DNA of 64,000 nucleotides from Candidatus Methylomirabilota bacterium (GTDB lineage: Bacteria; Acidobacteriota; Thermoanaerobaculia; Thermoanaerobaculales; Sulfomarinibacteraceae). The position numbers and the translations under genes are program-made. The first letter of the stretch is position 1. Every line of letters starts with the position of its first letter. The notes beneath the pieces were generated by a model, which worked only from the letters and a program-made list of their open reading frames with translations, did not search any database and was not told where the DNA came from. Shown here piece after piece: positions 9,368 to 20,251 of the stretch. The stretch is taken from NCBI GenBank assembly GCA_035464095.1, contig DATHSO010000150.1, positions 56,593 to 120,592 on the forward strand, given 5' to 3'.

Positions 9368-11320
9368 GTGAGCCGCGCCGGACGGCGCTGGATCCGGCGC
9401 CTGACCGGGGTGCTCATCGTCGCCTTCCTGGCGGTGGTGGCGTTCATCGGCTGGGACCGGACCCGAGGCAACGGCAGGGGGGGGGCGCTGTTGGGCCCCG
9501 ACGCGGCGGATCTCGACGTGGCGGAGGTGGCGGTGGGGCTGTACCGGGGCTTCCGCCACACCGAGACGTTGAAGGGCGAGCCCCTGTTCATCCTCGACTC
9601 TCTGAAGACCCTGAGCCTGGCCTCCGGTTGGCAGGAGATCGAGGGGGTGCGGCTCCAGCTTTACCGGGACGGCGAGGAGGGTCCGGTGCTCACCGCCGAG
9701 CGGGCCTCGTTCAACATCGAGAGCCGGGACGCCCGCCTGGAGGGCGGGATCCACGTGGAGTTTCCCAGCGGCGCCTTCCTCAACACCGAGGCTGGCCACT
9801 TCCGAGCCAAGACCCAGGTCTTCGACTCGGAGGCGCCGGTGCTGTACGTGGACGGCCCCACCTTCGGCCAGGCGAGGCGGGCGAGCTACGACCTGGCCGA
9901 GAACCGGATTCTGCTCGAGGGCAACGCCGCCTTCAGGGCCGATGACGGCACCCTGCTGACGGCCCCCGAGATGGTCTACCGGCGGGACGAGAACCGGGTC
10001 CTGATGGCGGGCGGAGTGACCCTGACCCGGGGGCCTTCCAAGGTCGTGGCGCCGCGGGCGGTGGTCGAGCTGGCGCCGGACGACGGCCCCCCCAGGGCCA
10101 TCCAGCTGCTCGACGGGGTCAGCGCGACCACGATCGAGGAGGGGGGCGGCGCGCTGGTGACGATGCAGGCCGAGCGGGTCGTCGCCGAGATCGACGCCGG
10201 AGGCAACTGGCAGGTGGACGCCCGGTCCAGCGGGCCGTGGGTGGAGATCCGCTTCCTGGGCGGTCCGGGCTACTACGAGCGGGTCATCCAGACCATGGTC
10301 CTGGGGGCCGTGGTGGGGGAGACCGGACTGCTGAGCCTGCAGGCGGAGCGCGGGATCTGCCTCTTCGAGGTGCCGGAGGAGGGCCCGGCGCGGCGAGGCG
10401 AGGCGCAGACCGCCCGAGCGTGGTTCCGCGACGGGCTCATGACCGACGTCGAGCTCGACGGCGAGGTCGAGCTGGTCGCCGGGCCGCACACGGTCCACGC
10501 GGCCCGCGCGCGCCTCGTCCAGGCCACCGGCCTGGTGATGGTTCAGGGCGACCCCACCGGCGCCACCCGGGTCCGAGTGAGCTCCGAGCGCGGACAGATG
10601 ACCTGCGACCAGGCCAACCTCTTCGATCGGGAGGGCCGGGTCGAGGCCCGCGGCCAGGTCAACGGGGAGCTCCACGAAGCACGCCTCTTCGGCTCGGCCG
10701 GGGCTCCGGCCGACGACGAGCCGGTGCGCTTCGCCGGCAACGTCGTCGAGCTCACCGACGGCGGCGCCACGACGGTCCTGCGCGACAATGCCCGCGTCTG
10801 GCAGGGCCAGCGGCTGCTGCTGGCGGACAGCGTCATCTACCGGCAGGACGCCGAGGCGGTGGCCGCCCGCGGCCACGTCCGTGCCACCTTCCCCGCCGAC
10901 CAGATGGACCCGGAGGCCGATGCCGGGCAGGACGTGGTGGTGGTCTCGCGGGCCCTCGACTACGAGGCCGCCCAGCGGCGGGCGGAGTTCCGGGGCTCGG
11001 TCCGCTACGCCGACCCCAAGCACTCCCTGTCCGCCAACCGGATGACGGTGACCTTCGACGACAACGACGAGATCTCGGACGTCGAGGCCGAGGGCGCGGT
11101 GGAGATCAACGACCTGGTCGGCGGCCGCCGGCTCACCGGCCAGCACGCCCACCGCGAGCTGGCGACCCAGGTGATCACCGTCACCGGCTCGCCGGCCCAG
11201 CTCATCGACGAGCGGGGCAACGTGGCCTCCGGCGACTCGTTGACCTGGAACCAGGCCGATGGTACGGTCTCCATCGGCGGCGGCAGCGAGCTCATCTACT
11301 ATCCGGAGGAGACACCCTGA
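9368..11320 (+). CDS. membrane-anchored LptC/LptA-like (OstA-type) LPS-transport protein, apparent fusion or expansion
   Basis: N-terminal TM anchor followed by repeated OstA-like beta-jellyroll signatures. Lies directly upstream of lptB-rpoN, the position of lptC-lptA in the canonical locus. Confidence 0.65.
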   Translation: MSRAGRRWIRRLTGVLIVAFLAVVAFIGWDRTRGNGRGGALLGPDAADLDVAEVAVGLYRGFRHTETLKGEPLFILDSLKTLSLASGWQEIEGVRLQLYRDGEEGPVLTAERASFNIESRDARLEGGIHVEFPSGAFLNTEAGHFRAKTQVFDSEAPVLYVDGPTFGQARRASYDLAENRILLEGNAAFRADDGTLLTAPEMVYRRDENRVLMAGGVTLTRGPSKVVAPRAVVELAPDDGPPRAIQLLDGVSATTIEEGGGALVTMQAERVVAEIDAGGNWQVDARSSGPWVEIRFLGGPGYYERVIQTMVLGAVVGETGLLSLQAERGICLFEVPEEGPARRGEAQTARAWFRDGLMTDVELDGEVELVAGPHTVHAARARLVQATGLVMVQGDPTGATRVRVSSERGQMTCDQANLFDREGRVEARGQVNGELHEARLFGSAGAPADDEPVRFAGNVVELTDGGATTVLRDNARVWQGQRLLLADSVIYRQDAEAVAARGHVRATFPADQMDPEADAGQDVVVVSRALDYEAAQRRAEFRGSVRYADPKHSLSANRMTVTFDDNDEISDVEAEGAVEINDLVGGRRLTGQHAHRELATQVITVTGSPAQLIDERGNVASGDSLTWNQADGTVSIGGGSELIYYPEETP

Positions 11321-12051
11321 GCCCGAAAGCGCTGGACCTCGTCGCCCGTGAACTGAGGAAGTCGTACCGCGGTCGCTCCGTGGTCGACGGCATCACGCTC
11401 GCCATCGCCCCGGGCGAGATCGTCGGCCTGCTCGGACCGAACGGGGCCGGCAAGACCACCACCTTCTACATGATGGTCGGGCTCATCGAGCCGGACGGCG
11501 GCCGGGTGGTTCTCGGGGAGCGGGACATCACCTCGGAGCCGATGTTCCGGCGCGCGCGGATGGGGGTCGCCTACCTGGCCCAGGAGCCGAGCGCCTTTCG
11601 CCACCTGAGCGTGGAGGACAACATCTGGCTCCTCCTCGAGGCCCTCGGGGTCGACTCGGGCACCTCCCGTCACCGGATCGGCCGGCTGCTCCAGGATTTC
11701 GGCCTCGCGGCCCTCAAGGACCAGCGGGCCGAGACCCTGTCGGGCGGGGAGCGCCGACGCCTGGAGATCGCCCGCGCCCTCGCCACCGAGCCCACCTTCA
11801 TTCTCCTCGACGAGCCCTTCGCCGGCATCGACCCGATCGCGGTGCTCGACCTCCAACGCATCATCGCGCATCTCAAGTCGTTGGGAATAGGTGTTTTAAT
11901 GACAGACCACAACGTCCGCGAGACATTGAAGATCACCGACCGCGCCTATATAATCAAGGACGGCAAGATTTTTGCTACAGGGCACCCTGTCGAGCTGGCC
12001 GAGAACGAAGACGTTCGTAGGATCTACCTGGGTGAAGGATTTCGACTGTGA
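11317..12051 (+). CDS. lptB: LPS export ABC transporter ATP-binding protein (start codon uncertain)
   Basis: Walker [10 protein letters not shown], signature LSGGERRR, Walker B ILLDEP, and the typical C-terminus [10 protein letters not shown]. There is no ATG/GTG near the N-terminus; CTG at 11317 overlaps the upstream stop. Confidence 0.88.
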   Translation: MSPKALDLVARELRKSYRGRSVVDGITLAIAPGEIVGLLGPNGAGKTTTFYMMVGLIEPDGGRVVLGERDITSEPMFRRARMGVAYLAQEPSAFRHLSVEDNIWLLLEALGVDSGTSRHRIGRLLQDFGLAALKDQRAETLSGGERRRLEIARALATEPTFILLDEPFAGIDPIAVLDLQRIIAHLKSLGIGVLMTDHNVRETLKITDRAYIIKDGKIFATGHPVELAENEDVRRIYLGEGFRL

Positions 12052-12131
12052 TCTCGATCGGCCGGCGCCACCCGGCGGCGCGAATGCCGACGGCGGGGCC
12101 GCCGGGTCGCGCGTGAGGTGTTGACGGTTTC

Positions 12132-13619
12132 ATGGCTCTCGAGCAAAAGCTCCGGTTGAAGCTCGCCCAGCGGCTGGTGATGACGCCGTCGCTGCAGCAG
12201 GCGATCAAGCTGCTCCAGCTGTCCAGGCTCGAGCTCGAGGAGACTCTCGCCCAGGAGATTCTCGAGAACCCCGTGCTCGACGTGGAGGAGGCCGAGGATC
12301 AGGTGGTGGCCGAGGCCGGCGAGGCGCCGGCGGAGGGCGAGGCCAGAGCCGAGAGCGCGGCGGCCGAGGAGGACGGGCTGCCTTCGGAGGAGGAGGCGTA
12401 CGGCGACATCGACGTCGAGGCCTTCTTCGCCGACTACCTGGCCGACAGCCGACCCGAGGGGCCCTCGATGTCGGCGCCGGCGGCGGGCGACGGCGTACCG
12501 CTCGAGAACGTGCTGACGTCGTCGGGCGGGCTGTCCGATCACTTGGTGTGGCAGCTCCACCTGCTCGACTGCAGCGCCCGCAGCGTGGATATCGGCGAGT
12601 ACATCATCGGCAACCTGGACGAGGGTGGCTTCCTGCACGTGTCCGACGAGGAGATCGCCGCCGACACGGACGCCGACCCGGACGAGGTCGCCGAGGCGCT
12701 CGCGACCGTGCGCTCCCTGGACCCGCCGGGAATCGCCGCCCGCAGCCTCCAGGAGTGCCTGGCGATGCAGATCGACCGGCTCATCCAGGCCGCCGACGAG
12801 GAGGCCGACATCGAGGCTCTGGATCGGGCACGCACCGTCATCACCGACCACTGGGACGACTTCCTCCACCAGCGGTGGGAGCGCCTGGCGGCGGCCTGCG
12901 GCTGCGAGATCGCCGAGCTCAAGGTCCTGGTGGAGATCATCCAGCGCCTCGAGCTCAAGCCGGGTCGGATCTTCCACCAGGACCGCAACCAGTACATCGA
13001 GCCGGATGTCCACATCCGCAAGGTCGACGACGAGTACACGATCCACCTCAACGACGACGGGCTGCCACGGCTGCGCCTCAATGCGGGCTACACGCGGATG
13101 CTCGAGGGTGCGTCGGTCGATCCCCAGGTGGCGAGCTACCTGCGGGAGAAGATGCGCAGCGCGGTCTGGCTGATGAAGAGCATCGACCAGCGCCAGCGCA
13201 CGATCTACAAGGTGGCCAGGAGTATCGTGAACTTCCAGCGCGACTTTCTCGACCACGGCCTCGAGCACCTCAAGCCGATGGTGCTGCGCCAAGTGGCCGA
13301 GGACATCGGGATGCACGAGTCCACCATCTCGCGGGTGGTGAGCAACAAGTACATGTACACGCCCCGTGGGCTGTTCCCGATGAAGTACTTCTTCCACTCC
13401 GGGGTCGACTCGGCGCGGGGCGAGAACGTGTCGTCCCTGGTGGTCAAGGAGAGGATCCGCAAGCTGGTGGAGGCCGAGGACCCGTCGCGACCGCTGTCGG
13501 ACTCCAAGATCATGCGCATGTTGCAGCGCGAGGGCATCCGCCTCGCTCGGCGAACCGTGGCGAAGTACCGAGAGGAGATGTCGATCCCGTCATCCGACAA
13601 GAGGAAGAAGGTGTTCTGA
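12132..13619 (+). CDS. rpoN: RNA polymerase sigma-54 factor
   Basis: N-terminus LKLAQRLVMTPSLQQAIKLLQLSRLEL and C-terminal RpoN box ARRTVAKYREEM. Confidence 0.95.
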   Translation: MALEQKLRLKLAQRLVMTPSLQQAIKLLQLSRLELEETLAQEILENPVLDVEEAEDQVVAEAGEAPAEGEARAESAAAEEDGLPSEEEAYGDIDVEAFFADYLADSRPEGPSMSAPAAGDGVPLENVLTSSGGLSDHLVWQLHLLDCSARSVDIGEYIIGNLDEGGFLHVSDEEIAADTDADPDEVAEALATVRSLDPPGIAARSLQECLAMQIDRLIQAADEEADIEALDRARTVITDHWDDFLHQRWERLAAACGCEIAELKVLVEIIQRLELKPGRIFHQDRNQYIEPDVHIRKVDDEYTIHLNDDGLPRLRLNAGYTRMLEGASVDPQVASYLREKMRSAVWLMKSIDQRQRTIYKVARSIVNFQRDFLDHGLEHLKPMVLRQVAEDIGMHESTISRVVSNKYMYTPRGLFPMKYFFHSGVDSARGENVSSLVVKERIRKLVEAEDPSRPLSDSKIMRMLQREGIRLARRTVAKYREEMSIPSSDKRKKVF

Positions 13620-13638
13620 CACCTTGTTTGGAGTTAGC

Positions 13639-14184
13639 ATGAAGGTCGATTACATCGCGCGCAAGGTCACCCTGGACGATTCCTTCCGCCAGCTCACCGA
13701 GAAGAAGCTGGCCAAGATCACCAAGTACTTCAACGACATCCTCGACATGCGGGTGGAGGTCAGCCAGGAGCGGCACCTGCACGTGGTCGACCTGTTCGTC
13801 AAGGGCAAGGACTTCGACATCCACTCCACCACCCAACACAAGGAGCTCAACGCGGCGATCCAGGAGGGGATCGACAAGCTCGAGATCCAGGCTCGGCGGG
13901 CCAAGGCGCGGCTCAAGGACCACAAGGCCCGAGGCGGCGAAGCCCGGGCGGCGCAGAGCCTCGGGGACCAGGCGGCCGAGCCCGAGGCGACGGTGTCGGG
14001 CCCCCCGCAGATCGTCGAGCGCTCGACCATCGCCATCAAGCCCATGTCGGTGGAGGACGCGGTACTCGAGCTCGAGCGCGGGAGCGACCAGTTCCTGGTC
14101 TTCCGCAACGCCACCTCCGACCAGATCAACGTGCTCTACCGGCGCAGCGACAACAACCTGGGTCTGATCACCCCCGAGATCTGA
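13639..14184 (+). CDS. hpf: ribosome hibernation promoting factor, long form
   Basis: Lies after rpoN. N-terminal S30AE-like region plus C-terminal dimerisation region (IVERSTIAIKPMSVEDAVLELE, FLVFRN). Confidence 0.85.
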   Translation: MKVDYIARKVTLDDSFRQLTEKKLAKITKYFNDILDMRVEVSQERHLHVVDLFVKGKDFDIHSTTQHKELNAAIQEGIDKLEIQARRAKARLKDHKARGGEARAAQSLGDQAAEPEATVSGPPQIVERSTIAIKPMSVEDAVLELERGSDQFLVFRNATSDQINVLYRRSDNNLGLITPEI

Positions 14185-14651
14185 TGAAGATCCGAGAGGC
14201 GGTCAACCGCGATCTCGTCTTCCTGGGCCTGCGCGCGGCGGACGCCGCCCAGGCGATCGCGGAGATGTCCCGGCAGCTCGCCGACCATGCCGGTCTCGAC
14301 GCGACGAAGGTCGCGGCGTCCCTCGGCGAGCGCGAGCGGCTGGGCTCGACCTCGGTGGGCAACGGCTTCGCCATCCCGCACTGCAAGCTCGGCGACCTCG
14401 AGGACATCGTGGTGGCGCTGGCCCGATTCGAGGCGGGCGTCGACTTCGGCGGCAACCGGCACCACGAGCCGGTGTCCTTCTTCTTCGTGGTCCTGTCCCC
14501 GCCCGACCGTCCCGCCGAGCACCTCCAGGTGCTGTCCCAGATCGCGAGGATCCTCAAGAGCCGGGAGCTCAGGGACGAGCTCCTCGACGCCGCCGACAGC
14601 GACACGGTGGTGGAGGCCGTCGAGCGCGCGGCCGACCGGGAAGGGCTGTGA
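14184..14651 (+). CDS. ptsN: PTS EIIA-Ntr
   Basis: Motif STSVGNGFAIPHCK with the active-site His; conserved position after hpf. Confidence 0.85.
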   Translation: MKIREAVNRDLVFLGLRAADAAQAIAEMSRQLADHAGLDATKVAASLGERERLGSTSVGNGFAIPHCKLGDLEDIVVALARFEAGVDFGGNRHHEPVSFFFVVLSPPDRPAEHLQVLSQIARILKSRELRDELLDAADSDTVVEAVERAADREGL

Positions 14652-15634
14652 AGCTGCCGCCCCCGATCCCGGTGTCGCGCCTGGTCCGCGAGCCCCGACT
14701 CGCCCCGCTGCGCCTCCGGGTGGTGGCGGGGGAGGGCGGTCTCGACAGCCGCGAGATCTCCAACCCGCGGATCCAGAAGCCCGGTCTCGCCCTCGCCGGC
14801 TACCTGCCCTACGTCAAGGGCGGCCGCGCCCAGATCCTCGGCGAGTCGGAGTACGCCTACCTCGAGACCCTGGGCGAGGCGGTCGCCACCGAGCGCCTGC
14901 TCAGGATCGTCGACCTCGAGGTGCCGTGCCTGATCTCGACCAAGGGCAACCGGCCCCCCGACCAGGTGATCGATGCCTGCGACGAGCGCCGGGTGCCGCT
15001 GCTGCTGACCTCCCTGCAGACCTCCGAGACCATCGAGATCATCTCGGCCTTTCTCGAGGACGAGCTGGCGCCCCGGGTGCAGCTGCACGGGGTCCTGCTC
15101 GACGTCTTCTCCCTCGGCACCCTGATCGTGGGCGACGCCGGAATCGGCAAGAGCGAGTGCGCCCTCGAGCTGATCTACCGCGGCCACCGGCTGGTGGCCG
15201 ACGACATCGTCATGGTCCGCCGGACCCACAACCGCGGCCTCACCGGCAGCCCCCACGAGCTGCTGCAGAACTACCTCGAGCTCCGGGGCGTGGGCATCAT
15301 CGACATCCGCAAGCACTTCGGGATGACGGCGACCCAACCGTCGGTGGCGATCTCGCTGGTGATCCAGCTCATCAAGCTGAGCGCCGACGCCAAGGCCATG
15401 GAGCAGCGCTGGCGCGAGCAGATGATGGAGCGGCCGCGGGCGTGGACCTCCACCGAGACGATCCTCGGCATGGAGATCCCCAAGTACACCATGGTGGTGG
15501 CGCCCGGGCGCGACGTGGCGATCATGGTCGAGACCGCGGTCCGCAAGTGCCTGCTCGCCCAGCGGGGGATCCAGGACGAGCGCGACTTCCTCGAGGCGGT
15601 CAACCGGATCGCCCAGGGGGAGCCGGATGACTGA
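14648..15634 (+). CDS. hprK: HPr kinase/phosphorylase
   Basis: Motifs HGVLLDVFSLGTLIVGDAGIGKSECALELI and LELRGVGIIDI. Confidence 0.9.
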   Translation: MKLPPPIPVSRLVREPRLAPLRLRVVAGEGGLDSREISNPRIQKPGLALAGYLPYVKGGRAQILGESEYAYLETLGEAVATERLLRIVDLEVPCLISTKGNRPPDQVIDACDERRVPLLLTSLQTSETIEIISAFLEDELAPRVQLHGVLLDVFSLGTLIVGDAGIGKSECALELIYRGHRLVADDIVMVRRTHNRGLTGSPHELLQNYLELRGVGIIDIRKHFGMTATQPSVAISLVIQLIKLSADAKAMEQRWREQMMERPRAWTSTETILGMEIPKYTMVVAPGRDVAIMVETAVRKCLLAQRGIQDERDFLEAVNRIAQGEPDD

Positions 15635-16502
15635 GTCGCGCTTCGGGGGACCGTTCGTCATCACCGGTCTCTCGGGCTCGGGCAAGACGGTCCTCTCGCG
15701 CTCGCTGGAGGACATCGGCTACCTGTGCGTCGACAACATTCCCCTGGAGCTCGTCAGCGCCCTGTTCGAGGCCACCCAGCGGGAGATCGAGCGCCTGGTG
15801 GTCGGGATCGACGTCCGGGCCAAGGGCTTGGCCCACGATTTCCCGAGCATCTTCCGGGGGCTCAAGGAGCGCTACCCGAACCTGCGGCTGGTCTTCGTCG
15901 AGGCGTCCACCGAGGTGCTGCTCCGCCGCTACTCGGTGGTCCGCAGGCCCCACCCCCTGAGGGACGGGGGGATCGCCGACTCGATCGCCGCCGAGCGCAG
16001 CTCGTTGGGGGCGATCCGAAGCCTGGCGGACCTCATCGTCGACACCACCAACCTGTCGCCCCACGACCTGCGCCGGCAGGTTCTGGCCCTCGGCGGGGGC
16101 GACCCGGACCCCCAGGGGGCGCTCACCCTGGAGGTGGAGAGCTTCTCCTACCTTCAGGGGGTGCCGTCCACCGCGAGCCTGGTCTTCGACGTCCGGTTCC
16201 TGCCCAACCCGTACTTCAAGCAGGAGCTGCGCCAGCTCGCCGGTGACGACGAGCCGGTGAAGAGCTGGCTGGGCGGCCAGGAGGAGGTGGAGGAGGCGAT
16301 CCGGAAGGTCGTCGAGCTGGTGCTCTACCTCCTGCCGCGGTACGGCAACGAGCTCAAGAGCCAGCTCACCATCGCCGTCGGCTGCACCGGCGGGCGCCAC
16401 CGCTCGGTGTACGTGGCCGACCGCCTCGCCGAGGCCCTGGCCGAGGCCGGCCAGAAGGTCGTGCTGCGGCACCGCGACAAGGAGCAGTGGAGGTTCACAT
16501 GA
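15627..16502 (+). CDS. rapZ: RNase adapter protein RapZ (P-loop ATPase)
   Basis: Motifs ITGLSGSGKT, FDVRFLPNPY and AVGCTGGRHRSV. Confidence 0.9.
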   Translation: MTESRFGGPFVITGLSGSGKTVLSRSLEDIGYLCVDNIPLELVSALFEATQREIERLVVGIDVRAKGLAHDFPSIFRGLKERYPNLRLVFVEASTEVLLRRYSVVRRPHPLRDGGIADSIAAERSSLGAIRSLADLIVDTTNLSPHDLRRQVLALGGGDPDPQGALTLEVESFSYLQGVPSTASLVFDVRFLPNPYFKQELRQLAGDDEPVKSWLGGQEEVEEAIRKVVELVLYLLPRYGNELKSQLTIAVGCTGGRHRSVYVADRLAEALAEAGQKVVLRHRDKEQWRFT

Positions 16503-16915
16503 TCCCGGTTCTGGTTCTCACCCACGGCGAGCTCGCCAACGCCCTGCTCGAGTCGGCGCGCAAGATCGACCCGCATCTGGACGACGAGACCGACGCGATC
16601 ACCCTGCCGTGGGACGTGGACACCGACACCGCGACCGCCGAGCTCCGGGAGCGGCTCAAGGCCATGGACAACGGGTCCGGTGTGCTCGTGCTCACCGACA
16701 TGTTCGGCGGCACCGCCACCAACCTGGCGCTGCCGTTTCTGGTTCCCGACCGGATCGAGATCGTGACCGGGGCCAACCTCCCCATGCTCGTCAAGCTCGG
16801 ATCGCTCCGCGGCCGGGACATCCCCCTCGGCGACCTGGCGGCGCGGCTGGCCGAGTCCGGTCAGAAGAGCATCCGACTGGCCAGCGAGTTCCTGCGCAAC
16901 CGCAGCGGAGGCTGA
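16499..16915 (+). CDS. PTS EIIA component, mannose/fructose family
   Basis: N-terminus MIPVLVLTHGELA with the phosphorylatable His. The ATGA overlaps the rapZ stop. Confidence 0.8.
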   Translation: MIPVLVLTHGELANALLESARKIDPHLDDETDAITLPWDVDTDTATAELRERLKAMDNGSGVLVLTDMFGGTATNLALPFLVPDRIEIVTGANLPMLVKLGSLRGRDIPLGDLAARLAESGQKSIRLASEFLRNRSGG

Positions 16916-17026
16916 ACGAGGGCCGGGACCGCGTCCAGGTACAATGGAGGCCGGCGGGACCGGCGGCTGCCGACCGCACGTCGCCGGGGGCCGGGTTTCC
17001 CCACCGACATCAGGAGCGCGAAGGGC

Positions 17027-17296
17027 ATGACGCAGCAGAAGGTGATGATCACGAACCGGCTCGGGCTCCACGCCCGGGCGGCCGCCAAGCTCGTGCACAC
17101 GGCCAACACCTTCGAGTCGGACGTCTTCATCGGCGGCGACCACGAGGAGGTGAACGCCAAGTCCATCCTCGGCCTGCTGACCCTGGCGGCGTCCAAGGGG
17201 ACCCCGCTGACGGTCCGTGCCGAGGGCCCGGACGAGGCCGAGGCGGTGCGCGCCCTGGTCGAGCTGTTCGAGGACAAGTTCGGGGAGGGCGAGTGA
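17027..17296 (+). CDS. ptsH: phosphocarrier protein HPr
   Basis: Motif ITNRLGLHARAAAKLV contains the His15 region; the Ser46 region is NAKSILGLL. Confidence 0.92.
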   Translation: MTQQKVMITNRLGLHARAAAKLVHTANTFESDVFIGGDHEEVNAKSILGLLTLAASKGTPLTVRAEGPDEAEAVRALVELFEDKFGEGE

Positions 17297-19056
17297 GCCG
17301 CACCCTGACCGGCCTCGGGGTGAGCCCGGGCATCGCCATCGGCGAGCCGGTGGTGCACGAGACCCGACCGATCTCGACCCTGCGGATCACCATCCCGTCG
17401 GACCAGGTGGAGTCCGAGGTCCGGCGCTTCTCGGCCGCGGTCACGGCCACCGTCGACAACATCTGGGAGAACCGGGAGCGCGCCCGGACCCAGATGGGCG
17501 ACGAGTACGCCGGGATCTTCGAGGCCCACCAGCTGATCGCCACCGACCCGTCCTTCGTCGATCCGGTCAAGAAGATCATCCGCGAGGAACGGGTCAACGC
17601 CGAGTGGGCCACCGACCAGGTCGTGGCGCGGCTGGTGGCTCGCTTCGAAGCCCTGCCCCACGCCCACTTGGCCGACCGCAAGCTCGACGTCCTCGACGTG
17701 GCGACCCAGATCCTCAACGCCCTCCACGGCCTCGACCTCGGCCAGCTCGACCACCTGGACCGGCCGTCGATCCTGGTCGCCGACGACGTGCCGCCGTCCA
17801 AAGCGGTGCAGCTGCCCATGGACAAGATCCTCGGCTTCGCCCTGGAGACCGGCGGGCCCACCGCCCACACCACCATCATCGCGCGCTCCTTCGGGATCCC
17901 GGTGATCGTGGGCGCCCAGGGCCTGTGCGAGGCGGCGCGGCAGTCGCGCCAGGTCGCCCTCGACGCCTTCGAGGGCAAGATCGTCTTCGACCCCAACCCG
18001 GCCGAGCTCGCCGAGTACCGCAACCGGCAGCTGGAGTACCGGGAGCAGCAGCAGCAGCTGCTGGCCATGCGGAGCGAGCCGTCGGTGACCCGGGACGGGC
18101 GCGAGATCACCATCCTCGCCAACATCGACCTGCCCAACGAGGTCGAGCTCGCGAGGCAGTGGAACACCGCCGGCATCGGGCTCTACCGCTCCGAGTTCCT
18201 GTACATGAAGATGAGCCCGAACCTGCCGTCGGAGAAGGACCACCTGGAGGTCTACCGGCAGATCACCGAGCGGATGGCCCCGTACCCGGTCACGATCCGC
18301 ACCTTCGACCTCGGCGGCAAGAAGCTCGCCCGGGAGGTGATCGGCACGTCGGAGGCCAACCCGGTGCTCGGCCTGCGGGGCATCCGGCTGTGCTTCTCGC
18401 AGCCGGACTTCTTCAAGACCCAGCTGCGGGCGCTGGTGCGCCTGGCGGGGGAGTACGAGCCCGGTCGGGTGCGGATCATGTTTCCCCTGATCAGCGGCAT
18501 CGAGGAGTTCCGGATCGCGCGGCTGCTGGTGCGCAAGATGGTGGAGGAGGTCCGGGCGGCCGGCCACCGGGTCCCGGACACCATCCCCCTGGGGGCCATG
18601 GTCGAGGTGCCGTCGTCGGCGATCATGGCCCGCGAGCTCGCCCGGGAGGTGGACTTCATCTCCATCGGCACCAACGACCTGATCCAGTACTCCCTGGCGG
18701 TCGACCGCTCCAACGAGCTCGTCGCCAACCTCTACCGGCCCACCAGCCCGGCGATTCTGCGCCTCATCGCCCGGGTCGTCGAAGCGGGTCGAGCCGAGGG
18801 GATCCCGGTCTCCATGTGCGGCGAGATGGCCTCGGACCCGCTCATGGTGCCGGTGCTGCTCGGGATCGGGCTCGAGCGCTTCAGCATGAATCCCCAGGCC
18901 GCGCCGGTGGTCCGGGCTCTGGTCCGCCAGCTGTCCTACCGGGAGTCGGTCAACCTGGCGACCCGGGCCTGCGCCATGGTCACCGCCCGTGACGTCGAGG
19001 AGTTTCTCCTCGAGCAGCTTGCGCTTTCGCTCGCCAAGATCAAGATTCGGGTGTAG
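17293..19056 (+). CDS. ptsI: phosphoenolpyruvate-protein phosphotransferase (Enzyme I)
   Basis: GTG start overlaps the ptsH stop. Motifs GGPTAHTTIIARS, GLYRSEFLY and SIGTNDLIQY. Confidence 0.92.
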   Translation: MSRTLTGLGVSPGIAIGEPVVHETRPISTLRITIPSDQVESEVRRFSAAVTATVDNIWENRERARTQMGDEYAGIFEAHQLIATDPSFVDPVKKIIREERVNAEWATDQVVARLVARFEALPHAHLADRKLDVLDVATQILNALHGLDLGQLDHLDRPSILVADDVPPSKAVQLPMDKILGFALETGGPTAHTTIIARSFGIPVIVGAQGLCEAARQSRQVALDAFEGKIVFDPNPAELAEYRNRQLEYREQQQQLLAMRSEPSVTRDGREITILANIDLPNEVELARQWNTAGIGLYRSEFLYMKMSPNLPSEKDHLEVYRQITERMAPYPVTIRTFDLGGKKLAREVIGTSEANPVLGLRGIRLCFSQPDFFKTQLRALVRLAGEYEPGRVRIMFPLISGIEEFRIARLLVRKMVEEVRAAGHRVPDTIPLGAMVEVPSSAIMARELAREVDFISIGTNDLIQYSLAVDRSNELVANLYRPTSPAILRLIARVVEAGRAEGIPVSMCGEMASDPLMVPVLLGIGLERFSMNPQAAPVVRALVRQLSYRESVNLATRACAMVTARDVEEFLLEQLALSLAKIKIRV

Positions 19057-19065
19057 GGAGGCCGC

Positions 19066-19440
19066 GTGATGGTCCCGGCGCCGGTGCGCATCGTCGACAA
19101 GCCGTGGGGGCACGAGGAGATTTTCGCCGAGACCCCCAGCTACGTCGGCAAGATCCTCTTCATCCGCAGCGGCGAGGCGCTGAGCCTGCAGTACCACGAG
19201 ATCAAGGAGGAGACCCTCAGGGTCCTCGACGGCAGCCTCGACCTGGTGCTCGGCCCCGACCTCGAGTCCCTCAGGACCCACCACCTGACCGTCGGAGCGG
19301 TCTTCCACGTCGCCCCCGGCACCCTGCACCGGATGGCCGCGACCTCCGACTGCACCCTGCTCGAAGTGTCCACCAACCACCTCGACGACGTGGTCCGTCT
19401 CGAGGACCGTTACGGTCGCCAGGGGACCAGCGACCCCTGA
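19066..19440 (+). CDS. cupin-domain protein (type II mannose-6-phosphate isomerase C-terminal-like)
   Basis: Motifs KPWGHEEIF and LSLQYHEIKEETLRVLDG. Confidence 0.7.
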   Translation: MMVPAPVRIVDKPWGHEEIFAETPSYVGKILFIRSGEALSLQYHEIKEETLRVLDGSLDLVLGPDLESLRTHHLTVGAVFHVAPGTLHRMAATSDCTLLEVSTNHLDDVVRLEDRYGRQGTSDP

Positions 19441-19459
19441 GCCGCTCCGGAGGTGAGCC

Positions 19460-20140
19460 GTGACTAGGTCAATGACGACAGCAGCCCTCGCGGTGGCCCT
19501 GGCCTGGACCCTCTCGGCCGCCGCCGGCGAGGAGCCCACCGCGACCCCGACCCCCAGCCCGACTCCGCTCGTCGGCGAGCGCACCCTGTCCGAGGTCGCC
19601 GGTTCCATCACGCTCGACCCCAAGGCGGTCGGCGCCCAAGGCGGGATCGTGATCAGCGACGAGAACCTGTCGGAGCTCGCCGGCAAGGGCGCCATCACCG
19701 AGGTGACCCGCCGGGGCCCGGCCCAGGGCCAGAGGAACCTGGCCGACGTCACCGGCACCGGTGCGGAGGTCGAAGGGCAGGGACCGGGCTTCGCCGAGGG
19801 TCAGGAGCGCAAGCAGTACTGGCAGGGTCTGTATCGGCAGCAGGTCGATCTGGTGACGTCGCTGCGTGGGCAGATCGACCAGCTCGACCGGGAGATTCCG
19901 GGTCTGTGGCGCGACTACTACGCCTGGGACGACCCCGCCTACCGTGACGGCGTCATCAAGCCCAAGCTCGACGAGGCCATGGCCCGGCGCCAGAAGCTCG
20001 AGGCCGACCTCCAACAGGCCGAGGCCCGGCTCGATCAGATCGAGCAGGATGCCCGTCGCGACGGGGCCCAGCCGGGCTGGTTCAGAGGCATCGAGAAGCC
20101 GCCGACGCCGGTGCCGACCCGCGGCGTGATGCCCCCCTGA
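19460..20140 (+). CDS. hypothetical secreted coiled-coil protein
   Basis: Signal-peptide-like N-terminus MTTAALAVALAWTLSAAAG, a Pro/Thr linker and a coiled-coil C-terminus. Confidence 0.55.
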   Translation: MTRSMTTAALAVALAWTLSAAAGEEPTATPTPSPTPLVGERTLSEVAGSITLDPKAVGAQGGIVISDENLSELAGKGAITEVTRRGPAQGQRNLADVTGTGAEVEGQGPGFAEGQERKQYWQGLYRQQVDLVTSLRGQIDQLDREIPGLWRDYYAWDDPAYRDGVIKPKLDEAMARRQKLEADLQQAEARLDQIEQDARRDGAQPGWFRGIEKPPTPVPTRGVMPP

Positions 20141-20251
20141 GCGCGGCCGGGACGCCGCCGGCGGCTCCCCCTGGAAAAGACCTGAGAACGGAATCGCCGG
20201 CCGGCGACGTCGACGCGCCTGTCAGTCGCATGACCTCGCCGTGAGGTGACT

